A stretch of 16,594 bases of DNA from Azolla caroliniana (GCA_043228905.1 JBHGNT010000734.1:1-16594); one strand, 5' to 3'; shown: positions 1-8,852, numbered from the stretch's first letter. The notes: generated by a model from the letters alone, not told the origin. A program made the numbers and translations.

Positions 1-115
1 AAGAATTCCAGGGGTATTCTGGGCATTTCGAGAAACTAGGAGCGGTATTACATGAATTTTCGTAAACCAATGTGGGTATTTTAGTATATTTCCATATATT
101 TTTGCTTCAACTTAC

Positions 116-345
116 CTCGTGCAACAGCTTTCCAACAAGAAAGGCAGAGAGTGGTGTCTGCTCAGCTGTTTTCAGAACGATAGTGTTACCACAGGCCAGT
201 GCAGGGCCCACTTTCCATGCGAACATAAGTAAAGGAAAATTCCATGGTATAATCTGTCCTGCTACTCCAATTGGTTCGTGCAATGTTTGAACAGCATATG
301 CTCCATCCGCCGGCACAGTTAAGCCATGAATCTTATCAGCCCAAC
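116..345 (-). CDS. ALDH2B: ALDH2B coding exon 5 (230 nt)
   Basis: tgcag|GT TGG GCT GAT AAG ... CAC GAG|gtaagt; contains IIPWNFP and [17 protein letters not shown]. Confidence 0.96.
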
Positions 346-3237
346 CTGCAAAATCATATATGATGTATTATAAGTACATGATGACATATCTCTACAAATT
401 CTTGCCATTTTCTCACATAGCATCCCATCAACATTAATAATATCCTTAACAATCAATCATCACTGAATGATCACATTCCAAAGATGTCCCTGAACTACCC
501 TCAAGTTTTCCCCAAATAACCCTGAGTTTTCATTATTTTCTGAAAAGCCCTTGGTTAACCCTCAGAAGAGAGAACAAAGGAATGGTTGACGATATCACTG
601 CTCAAATAATACACATAAATGAGAAAAACGGGACGAATTGTGCAATTGCACAAAGTGGCACATATTCTCTCTTTCAGGGTTCGCAAAGGGCACCACATGA
701 TACACCAACAATTCAACAATTGGGGTTCATTTGCGGAGATAAAAGAAAAACTTGGGTATTTTGGAATTTTGCCCTAAATATTGTAATAACATATGAAGTA
801 TATGATAATACATGTAGATAGAAGACAGATTTTCACCCCCACCAAACTACACTCCTAAAATATGAAAAAAAACAGAGAGAAGGCAAATGATATTATACCT
901 GCGTAATAACGGAATAGCCTTGACATCATTGGAACTTCGATAGCTCGCGCTTGTTCATAGGGCTTCCCATTATCCAAAGTCTCTAAAGTAGCAATCTCAT
1001 CATTGTGTTCATCTATCAAATCAGCAAATCGAAGCAGGATTTTCGATCTCTCCTGTAAATGGGACCTAGTAAGTTAAAAGAGTGTTTACATTCTCTTCTA
1101 TAATCTTCTTATCCTTACATATGCAGTCATCCTTGGCCAGGGTCCTTTGTCAAACGCCTTCCGAGCTGCCTTCACAGCCCTGTCAACATCTTCCGCATCA
1201 CCTTCTGCTACATATGTAATAACTTCCTCTGTCCGTGGGTCTATAGTTGGAAATGTCTTGCCTGAAAGTACCATATTGACTCTCACTCTCTCTACATCTA
1301 CCTCTATCTATCTATCTATGTCTTTCTTTCTCTTGAAAAGATCACACATGGGCATCTAGAGGCCACAGGTATCGATAAGAACTACAATGCGTACAAAACC
1401 CTCTTAAGAGGAGCACGATAATAGAAGACAATGAAGGGCCTATAGTACCATTGGACACATCATCCAGACCTTTTACACCATAGAAAACACTGTTTCACCA
1501 TTCTTCTAGATAAGAGGAAACAAAGTTGGGCCTCAGTTTGAATGGGATGCTCAAAATCAGTCCAGAGATTGTATGGGACCTTCAATGGCTATGCAAATGA
1601 GTCTATTGAAGGTTGCATCCCCCTCCTTCTTGTGATGCATCTTGGTCCCTTGGGAAGTACTCTATGTTTCAGAGAGCATCAAACGAAAAGTGTTCAAGTC
1701 CCTGAAAGTTGCAACCGAAGAGACCAACTGACTTGTATCAAATTCAATCATCCTCTTTGGATTCCAACTTTAGGCCCTATCAGTGAAACATCTTAAGATC
1801 CCCCTTCCCATCCTGACAGAAATTTTTGTTTAATGCTCAAAATTATTTCAGATGGTCAATTGCTTTATGTTTAAACCACTCTTTGAAAGCATTGAAAGCA
1901 TTGAAAGCCAAAATTTCGGTTACAATTTTTAGAATATGAACCCAGGAGGACTAATACATAGCATTGAGCATTAGTTTGGCACACAAGCGATAGTTAAAAG
2001 GAACAAAATCTACATATGAACCATAAGATAAGCAAAAACAAAATATCAGTCAAGAAGGGCATGGGCATATAATTGATATGTGTATACGAAAAATGAAATG
2101 CAGAGAAAGAGAAAAACAGAAGAAGAATTCACAAAATGAAACTATTGAAGAAATAGTAGGAGTTAAGCAACAAAGATAGGATTTAAGTGTAATGTTATTT
2201 TAAAGACTATAATCTTTACCAGAAGCTGCGTCCACAAATTTCCCATCAATGAGGAGTTGTTTCAGTTCGATGGAAACAGATGGCTTTATCACTTCAGCAG
2301 CATGGCTATATATGTAACGATTCCCTCCAACTGGCATAAAAAACCCAGTAAAGGAAAGGAGAATCAAATTTCCAGAAATCACAACAAGTATATCTGAATA
2401 GCATCGCATCATAACAGACCTGTAAATCACTGTTTCCTATTTCTCAGGTTAAAATTTAGCACCTTCTACAGGGTTAGATCTTTATTCTTAAATAATTCCG
2501 GGATTGGAAAGTTCAGAGCTGAAGCAAAACACTAATAACAAACATCACAGTGCTTCTCTAACCATTATTGTTTGTTCTTCTAAGGTTTAAATTAAGATAT
2601 ATCAGGTTGTAGATTGCATGGCTATAATGGGTTTGGAACCATATCTCTTCATCATTTCAAAACGGAACCTAAAAAAAAGGATCAATTTTCCATAAACACA
2701 ACACAATAGCATTCGTGTGAGAATAAGTACTACTTCTTAAACCAGCATAAGATCTACAAAGGATGTATCTTCTGATTTCTCAGGATATGTATGGCTATCA
2801 TAGCTCTAATGAGATTAATTTTTGAAAAACCCGTGGCTATCATAACTATGATGAGCTCAATTTTTGAAAACCCGTCAGCAGAAGTTGTGGAGAGGCTAAC
2901 TTAAAAACACATAAAGAAGGAGCTGATGAATGTTTGTGAAGCTTCTCGGGATAAGATAGTATGAACAAACGGTAGGATCTCTCATGATTATCACAGCTTA
3001 AGGAAAGGTAAGTAAAGAGAAGATAGGGGGAAACCTAATTTTTAATCCCTGTAGGAGGAAGCAGTAAAGATTAAGAGAAACATGGATCGGCATATAGCCA
3101 TGGCTATGTAATCTAAATATGATCAGATTATCGGAAGGAGTAGATGATACAGTACCTGTGTTGGCAGGAGCGTATTTTGAAGCTCGAATGAAAGCTCGAG
3201 AGAGCCGAGATGAAGCACGAAATGCGGACATAACCAT
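116..3237 (-). CDS. ALDH2B: Aldehyde dehydrogenase family 2B, mitochondrial type; 5' part only, continues beyond the left edge. join(3237..3156, 2330..2220, 1261..1119, 1052..899, 345..116)
   Basis: Spliced translation gives [30 protein letters not shown]...[28 protein letters not shown]...[30 protein letters not shown]...LETLDNGKP...[19 protein letters not shown]...[45 protein letters not shown]. All introns are GT-AG with consistent phases (1,1,0,1,0). The N-terminus is R/S/A-rich and free of acidic residues, like a mitochondrial presequence. Confidence 0.96.
475..774. mobile_element. Possible decayed Mutator-like MITE in ALDH intron 4
   Basis: Imperfect inverted similarity: ccaaataaccctgagttttcattattttc (about 512-540) versus gataaaagaaaaacttgggtattttggaattttgccc (about 738-774). 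The GGGCAAAATTCCAAAATACCC-type end resembles MULE TIRs. No TSD identified. Confidence 0.3.
899..1052 (-). CDS. ALDH2B: ALDH2B coding exon 4 (154 nt)
   Basis: tttacag|GAG AGA TCG ... TAC GCA G|gtataa; [51 protein letters not shown] (absent from the ORF track). Confidence 0.95.
1119..1261 (-). CDS. ALDH2B: ALDH2B coding exon 3 (143 nt)
   Basis: tttcag|GC AAG ACA TTT ... GCA TAT|gtaagg; [47 protein letters not shown]. Confidence 0.95.
1557..1751 (-). mobile_element. Degenerate RNase H-like (RVT_3) fragment of a non-LTR retrotransposon in ALDH intron 2
   Basis: Minus frame [54 protein letters not shown] resembles the plant LINE RNase H pattern IExDSxxLV...ILxEI...HVxREGNxxAxxLAxxA; one in-frame stop. 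Confidence 0.4.
1883..1908. repeat. 9-bp tandem repeat (ttgaaagca) x about 3
   Basis: ttgaaagcattgaaagcattgaaagc read directly. Confidence 0.85.
2220..2330 (-). CDS. ALDH2B: ALDH2B coding exon 2 (111 nt)
   Basis: tgccag|TT GGA ... GCT TCT G|gtaaag; [25 protein letters not shown]. Confidence 0.9.
2792..2874. repeat. About 42-bp imperfect tandem duplication in ALDH intron 1
   Basis: tggctatcatagctctaatgagattaatttttgaaaaacccg followed by tggctatcataactatgatgagctcaatttttgaaaacccg. Confidence 0.85.
3156..3237 (-). CDS. ALDH2B: ALDH2B coding exon 1 (82 nt; mitochondrial transit peptide)
   Basis: ATG at 3237; [27 protein letters not shown] then G|gtactg donor, phase matches exon 2. Confidence 0.82.
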
Positions 3238-3490
3238 TTCCTGTCCCTTCTACCTACAGATTCAAGCTAAAAACATTAGCAAAGATGAAATCTTTTCTTT
3301 CTCCCCTTGCTCTTCTTATCATACAGTTTGATTCAAAGGTCACACACTTTCGGCAACAAGAGGCTTCTTCAAGAGGCCATCATGCGCAGCAAAACGGGCA
3401 ATACAGAAAAACAAAAGAAAAGAAAAGAAGAAGAAGAAAGAAAGAAAATCAACCTCAACCTGAGCCTGACTGCAGAAACAGCAAGAAACA

Positions 3491-3521
<31 letters not shown>

Positions 3522-3679
3522 ATGAGTGGAGGGGAGGATTGATGTTTCTTCTTCTCTTTCCTATCTTCTTTTTTTGTTTTTATACCTGTGAAGAGAAAAA
3601 TTTGGAGTATGGTGAGTGGGCTATAAATTTCTTCCTTATTCTGGATTGAGGCAAAGACGAGAATGTAAGGAGATAATGG

Positions 3680-3736
3680 TGACAGCGAGACAGAGACAGA
3701 GACAGACAGAGACAGAAGAAGGAAGCATATACTGTA

Positions 3737-3767
<31 letters not shown>

Positions 3768-3829
3768 GCAGCAGGAACAGAGTATGTATGTATGTTATGT
3801 ACATATATATATGCAGTAGGAACAGAGTA
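3680..3829. repeat. (GAGACA)n and (TA)n microsatellites plus a duplicated atatatatatgcagYaggaacagagta unit upstream of ALDH
   Basis: Read directly; duplicated unit at about 3758-3784 and 3803-3829. Confidence 0.85.
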
Positions 3830-4074
3830 CTGTAAGTAGAACCTTCAATTCTTATACATAAATATTTTCCTCCTTTTTCTTCTTCTTCAATTTAAACAAA
3901 AAATTAAATAGAAGAAGAAAAGGTCATCATGATCATGATCATATATACATATATTTCTATCCATCCAATTCGATTCTTCTTCTTCAAGAAAAAAAAAAAT
4001 AGTAGAAGGAAAAGGCATGTCATATGATATTCCTTTTCCAATTTGAAGTCTGTGTTTTGTAGTCACTCATGAGT

Positions 4075-4153
4075 CACACACACACACATACATACATCAT
4101 CACCACAATCACTAAAACCCCAACTATTTGATATCATCTCAGGCTCAAGCTCA

Positions 4154-4184
<31 letters not shown>

Positions 4185-4315
4185 GTGCTTGTGTATGTGC
4201 TTGTGTATGTGCCTGTGTATGTGTATGCGTCGATGTATGTGTATGTGTATGTGTATGTGTATTCCCTTGTGTATGCGCATGTGTATGTGCATGTGTATGC
4301 ATTTGTGTATGTGCC

Positions 4316-4347
<32 letters not shown>

Positions 4348-4565
4348 CATCTACATGTGTGTCTGTGTTTGTCGATGTTTGTGTTTGTGTCCTTCGCGTC
4401 TATTATGTTTCTGGTCTATATGTGATTGTAATTATGTGCTTGTGTCTATTTCCATGCCAATGTCAATGTCAATGTGTTTGAGTCTATGTGCTTGTGTCTG
4501 TGTCACTGTCATTGTTTATATCTATGCATTTGTTTGTGTGTGTGTGTGTGTATACATGTTTGTGT
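4075..4565. repeat. Long degenerate (TGTATG)n hexamer microsatellite with flanking (CA)n/(TG)n low-complexity sequence
   Basis: Near-continuous ATGTGT array at about 4153-4345 decaying into TG-rich sequence; explains the HTHT/VYVY/MCMC ORFs. Confidence 0.95.
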
Positions 4566-6785
4566 CCATCTCAAACTAAAGCTTATACCGTCAACTCTGA
4601 TGCTTTCTTTAGAATCCCCTTCCTCAAAAACAATTTGCGTATGCACACTTGTTACACTACACAAAGCGCATAATATAGGCCACAATTTGTTTTCATTCTA
4701 TTCACATGCTGGTAAGGTTGAAGCCAAACACAATATTGAATCGGAAAAGAGAAAGAACAAGAGATTATTTATTTATATGCAAGAAGAACAACGCTAGAAG
4801 AGAGGTTTCGAATGTGTTAATCGAAGATTAGCATTCAACCGGAATGGGTTTTGAGATATTTTAACTTCATGATATAACAATTATTAGTACCCCTACTATA
4901 ATGCATGCTTGCCTCTTGGTTATCATGTGGATAATTACAATAATCACAATATGAAAGGCTATAACAACTATCATTGATGTGATGTAATACTACATATGAA
5001 CTGTTACTATAATTAGTGTAATCATGATACCATCACCCTGCCTCAATAATAAAGTTCCATGTGTATCGATACACAAACTGGGTTTTCACAAGTTGTGTGT
5101 GAATGCTATACAAAAGATGAAGCATAAAGTAAAGCAAATCCACTTGATAGAGAAGGTTAGGTGTGAATAAGCATTGAGTCCTCACATGTGCAATCAGTGG
5201 AACAGGGTTCCATTGAATGTAGGATGTGGATAAGTTGTTGGGTATAACAACCTAATGTATACAAACAAACTTCAAGTGTGCATTCATTTAGTGAGCTCTC
5301 ATTTAACCCATCAAGGTTGTATCTATATTTGCTCACTTAGGAGCACACCATCTAGAGCTCTTGTTGAATCAAACCTCTAACATTGTGCTCGAGTACTTTG
5401 CTAATAATAGATTAATCTTCTTCTTTTTCTCGTTTGTGTGCTCCATTCCATGTAAGCACGAGTCAATCCACCCTCTTTTTTGCATGCGTGTAAAATCTTT
5501 TGGTATTTCTTCTCATATTTTATCCATAACATCTTATGGTGCTAAGGTAAGAGTTCAAAACCAACTTCCTCCCGCCCTTCAAATTTCGAAAACCAATCAT
5601 TTTCTGACATGTTAGCATGATGCATCTTTGCTTTTGTCCCTGTTTCGGGGCTACTTGGGAATAAATGTGCACTTTATCATCATCTTATTGGCCCTACCTC
5701 TTTTTGCAACTAAAGATTCTCACAACTTTATCGCCCTACCTCTTCTTCAACTACAGAGTTACAATGGTAACCATCCCATCTCTTTTTTTGTGGGTTGCTT
5801 TTCATGTCTTGCGAGAATCGGCCTTTTGCAGGCAAGCATTTCCTACCATGTCAACACCTAGAACCATTTTCCAACTATTTCTTTCACATGTAAACCTAGT
5901 TGTCTATTAATATGTTAATCAAGCATTATAACTGTCCTTTTAAAACTAGAGACCAAAAATAAAAGATACATACTTGTATTGAATGCGAAGAAACCAAAAA
6001 TGAGAGATTAAGTTGCTAATTCTAAATGGATTTGCATATAGCTCCTTTTTTTAACCATTTTATCTTGCATTTATGGAGTCGGAGAGAAGTTAATGGTTCA
6101 CTCATGTCCAAGTCGAGTTCCTTCCCCAAGCAATGCAACCAATCACTTACCACCATATCATGTGTGAGTAACATTCACAACACCTTGTGAATCCAAACTT
6201 ATTCTAAACATCTACAAGCGTAGAGGGGGAGAAACACTCATCTCATAAGAACAAGAAATTAATTAGTGTTCATATTTTAGTTCAAACCCTAGTGATGAGG
6301 AATAATTTATATTTGTTTACATCTTCCTTTTGACTTTACAATGACATGCGTTTATGAAAGACCGGCCATGTTTCTACCCAGACGACCTTTCAATTCTGAG
6401 GTTATTTTGTGGTTGAGCATGCGTCACCAAAGTCATAAGCCTATGTTGAATTTTGACCAAAATTTCAGTAATCAGGTTGCGTAGGTGAGATTCAAGCAAA
6501 ATAATTGGGTGAATCAATAATGGAGGTGGACAAATCTGAACCATATGCGAAACGTACCTACGATCCTTGTTATAGAAGGCCATAAAAGATCAAGAAACGC
6601 TCAAAAAAGCATTTGTCTTCGTGTTTATGGACACCATGTTATTCTCAAAGGCCATGTTTATGGCCTATCCTTTCCAAGGTGTTTGCGACTGGCCATGCAA
6701 TGCATGTGTCCGATTAAACTAAAGGCTTCGTGATCGGATCGGGAATCTGATCCGAATCACATGTGAAAGAAACCGATAAAACCTT

Positions 6786-6805
6786 CTTCCGGAAGCTTCC
6801 GGAAG
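6786..6805. promoter_or_regulatory. Perfect heat-shock element (4 inverted nGAAn pentamers)
   Basis: cTTCc gGAAg cTTCc gGAAg, a 20-bp perfect palindrome about 240 bp upstream of the ATG at 7046; matches the HSF consensus nTTCnnGAAnnTTCnnGAAn. Function is untested. Confidence 0.6.
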
Positions 6806-7045
6806 GCTCGACAAAAGCTGGGAGAAATAGAAATAGAAAATTAATTGAGAAGCGAAAAAGCAAAAATCAATTTGCTTTTTTTCTTTCTCTTGTGTTTGGT
6901 TTGTTTTTTCTTTTCTTTTCTTTTGCGTTTTCGCCTAGCTTTTTTTTTTTCACTTATCGTCTCTCTTTGGAGAGTTAAAAGGGCCTTCTGTTTTTCTTTC
7001 TTAAATTTGAATTAAGACAGACAGATAAACGACAGAAACGGAGAT

Positions 7046-8488
7046 ATGGGTTTGTTCGAGAAGGTATCTCCCCTGGTGGGTTCTGTGTATTATGTGGATA
7101 TGACATCTCTAAGCTCTTCTTCAACTTCTTCTTCTTCTTCTTCCAATTTCCATCAGGTTTCAACCTCAGCTTCTGATCCTTTTCTCATAGCTCAGAGCAG
7201 GCCTGCTAGGTTTTTGCATTGTGCAGAGTATTTAGGGTTTGCTTGCCTGATTGGCGATGGTGGCCAATCTCTTGTTCCCTCTGCACCCATCATCTCAAAA
7301 ATAAAGGTCGCCCAACAAAACGTTGGGGAATATGGTCCACAAGTCTGCCCAAACTATAATTGTGGGGGTGTCCACTCATGTTATGATCCAAACTACTACG
7401 GACTAAATGATGGAATTCCTGAATGTACCAGTCCATCGGATGGAAATCATAGATTTCCAAATTGCATTCATGAAAATGGCCCCAGCCGAAATGGCCAAAT
7501 CGATGGATATAGCCACTCATTCGGGGATCGAAATGGGTGCCCAAATCATTGCATAGGTGACAACAATGTCCGCCCAAATCATGGTCGAAGCATCCGGCCT
7601 CTCTTCTTTGTCAAATACCCAGGTTACCCCACAGGACCCCTCCTCTTCTCCGTTGACATCACCTCGGCCTCAGCCTCACCTTCATGCGAAGTGTGTATAG
7701 TCTCACCCTCGGCTCCTTTAAATATTATCACCTCCTTCCTTACTGTCTCACCACGAGACCCGGATCCTCTTGGACGGGACCTCTCCCAAGGAGCTCCCGT
7801 CTTTTGCTTCACTTTCCCTCGTGATGAACCCCGGCCCCGGCCTTGTGTTGTCCAGGGTTCGGTGTCCTTGCCCCCAGACCTTTCCTCTTATGGCATTGTC
7901 GCCCATTTCGGCCTACGCTTCTCGACTCCTCATGCGGGTGTCATCACTAACTATAGGGGCGAGCTTGTCGGCTTCCACACCTTTGATTTTTGTGTCTATG
8001 TGGGTGATGAAGTTGCCGAGCTCAGAGATGGAAACTCGCACCCCAATACGTGCCAGATAGTGATCAAAGATAGCTCCGAGGTGGGGATTGGTGCGTCTGG
8101 ATCAAGTGACCTAACAAGGAGGAGCTTCATGGGCATCCCACCCAATATGCTCAAGAGGATACAAGAGATGTTTGTTAGCACGGGCGAGAAGAGAAAGCAA
8201 GCCGCGTGGCACTCGAGGATTTATACCATGAATCAGGCCCAACAATGGTTTCCTTATCTTAGCGAGGGAAGGATGATGGGCATGGCTATACATACCTTGA
8301 TTGCGATGAGCAATGGCAATGAGTATAGATTAAGCCCCAACTCGAGAAGGTTATCGGGTTTCAATCAAATTCAACACAAACGAAAGCGAGGTCGAGGTCA
8401 CATCAATACCCCTCATGATTGCTACTCTTTGTCATCGTCATCATGGTCCTCATCCTCATCCTCGTCATCATCATCATGTGAAGATTAG
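7046..8488 (+). CDS. Intronless 480-aa protein with a probable trypsin-like (HtrA/Deg, Trypsin_2) fold and an apparently non-catalytic triad; Ser-rich termini, Cys/Asn-rich insertion, basic KRKRGR motif
   Basis: 1443-nt stop-free frame, more GC-rich than its flanks, with visible third-position pyrimidine bias; neighbouring frames are interrupted by stops. Ordered HtrA-like motifs: LFEKVSPLVGSV, LGFACLIGDGGQSLVPSAPII, SPSCEVCIV, LSQGAPVFCFTFP, VVQGSVS, AGVITNYRGELVGFHT, FMGIPPNMLKRI. Confidence 0.8.
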   Translation: MGLFEKVSPLVGSVYYVDMTSLSSSSTSSSSSSNFHQVSTSASDPFLIAQSRPARFLHCAEYLGFACLIGDGGQSLVPSAPIISKIKVAQQNVGEYGPQVCPNYNCGGVHSCYDPNYYGLNDGIPECTSPSDGNHRFPNCIHENGPSRNGQIDGYSHSFGDRNGCPNHCIGDNNVRPNHGRSIRPLFFVKYPGYPTGPLLFSVDITSASASPSCEVCIVSPSAPLNIITSFLTVSPRDPDPLGRDLSQGAPVFCFTFPRDEPRPRPCVVQGSVSLPPDLSSYGIVAHFGLRFSTPHAGVITNYRGELVGFHTFDFCVYVGDEVAELRDGNSHPNTCQIVIKDSSEVGIGASGSSDLTRRSFMGIPPNMLKRIQEMFVSTGEKRKQAAWHSRIYTMNQAQQWFPYLSEGRMMGMAIHTLIAMSNGNEYRLSPNSRRLSGFNQIQHKRKRGRGHINTPHDCYSLSSSSWSSSSSSSSSSCED

Positions 8489-8582
8489 CATTGTAGATGT
8501 GTATAGTAATTTTAAGAAGCTTTAACTTCATCTTCACCCTCTTCCTCCTCCTCTCGGCCCCCCCCACCCCTCCCCTCGCAAG

Positions 8583-8755
8583 GGGTAGTGAGATTACAAA
8601 TTTAGATTAACCGATAAATGTGAATCTTTACATGAAAAACATAATATATGTCAAAAGTTTGAATATCATTCTTAAGATCACGTGTAGAAATACAATCTAT
8701 TCCAATGAACACACTAGGGTAGTGAGATTACAAATTTAGATTAACCAATAAATGT
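8583..8755 (+). repeat. 39-bp direct repeat pair (8583-8621 and 8717-8755, one mismatch) in the convergent intergenic region; the second copy contains AATAAA
   Basis: gggtagtgagattacaaatttagattaacc(g/a)ataaatgt occurs twice, 134 bp apart. Confidence 0.9.
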
Positions 8756-8852
8756 TTTTTGATTAAAAAATCCCACGTTTTGGAGTCTCAAGTACATGTG
8801 AAATACATATATTTACACTTCTCCATTGGATTGTTAGATCTTAAAAAAATAC

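Noticed and set aside
3285-3542. Basic KKRRRRKK/ERDR ORFs that look like nuclear proteins
   Set aside because: They derive from GA-rich microsatellites, the antisense of the CT-rich ALDH leader
3865-4040. Pyrimidine/purine inverted tracts (ttcttcttc ... gaagaagaa) suggesting a hairpin or miRNA precursor
   Set aside because: Low-complexity and partly duplicated; the pairing is short and expected by chance
4063-4579. ORFs rich in HT, VY or MC dipeptides (metallothionein-like appearance)
   Set aside because: These are translations of the (TGTATG)n microsatellite, which is stop-free in several frames; no coding evidence
8030-8044. GNSHP peptide (residues 329-333) resembling the catalytic GNSGG motif
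   Set aside because: It lies after, not before, the NxxGELVGFHT strand, so it is out of register with the trypsin fold; likely coincidental unless a structure model says otherwise
7290-8293. Short minus-strand and alternative-frame ORFs overlapping the 480-aa ORF, considered as a TE gag/ORF1
   Set aside because: These frames are interrupted by stops and lack TE motifs; the long plus frame has the codon bias and the ordered protease-fold motifs
8583-8755. 39-bp direct repeats considered as a CRISPR array or LTR pair
   Set aside because: Only two copies in a eukaryotic context; no cas genes and no TG...CA termini, PBS or PPT
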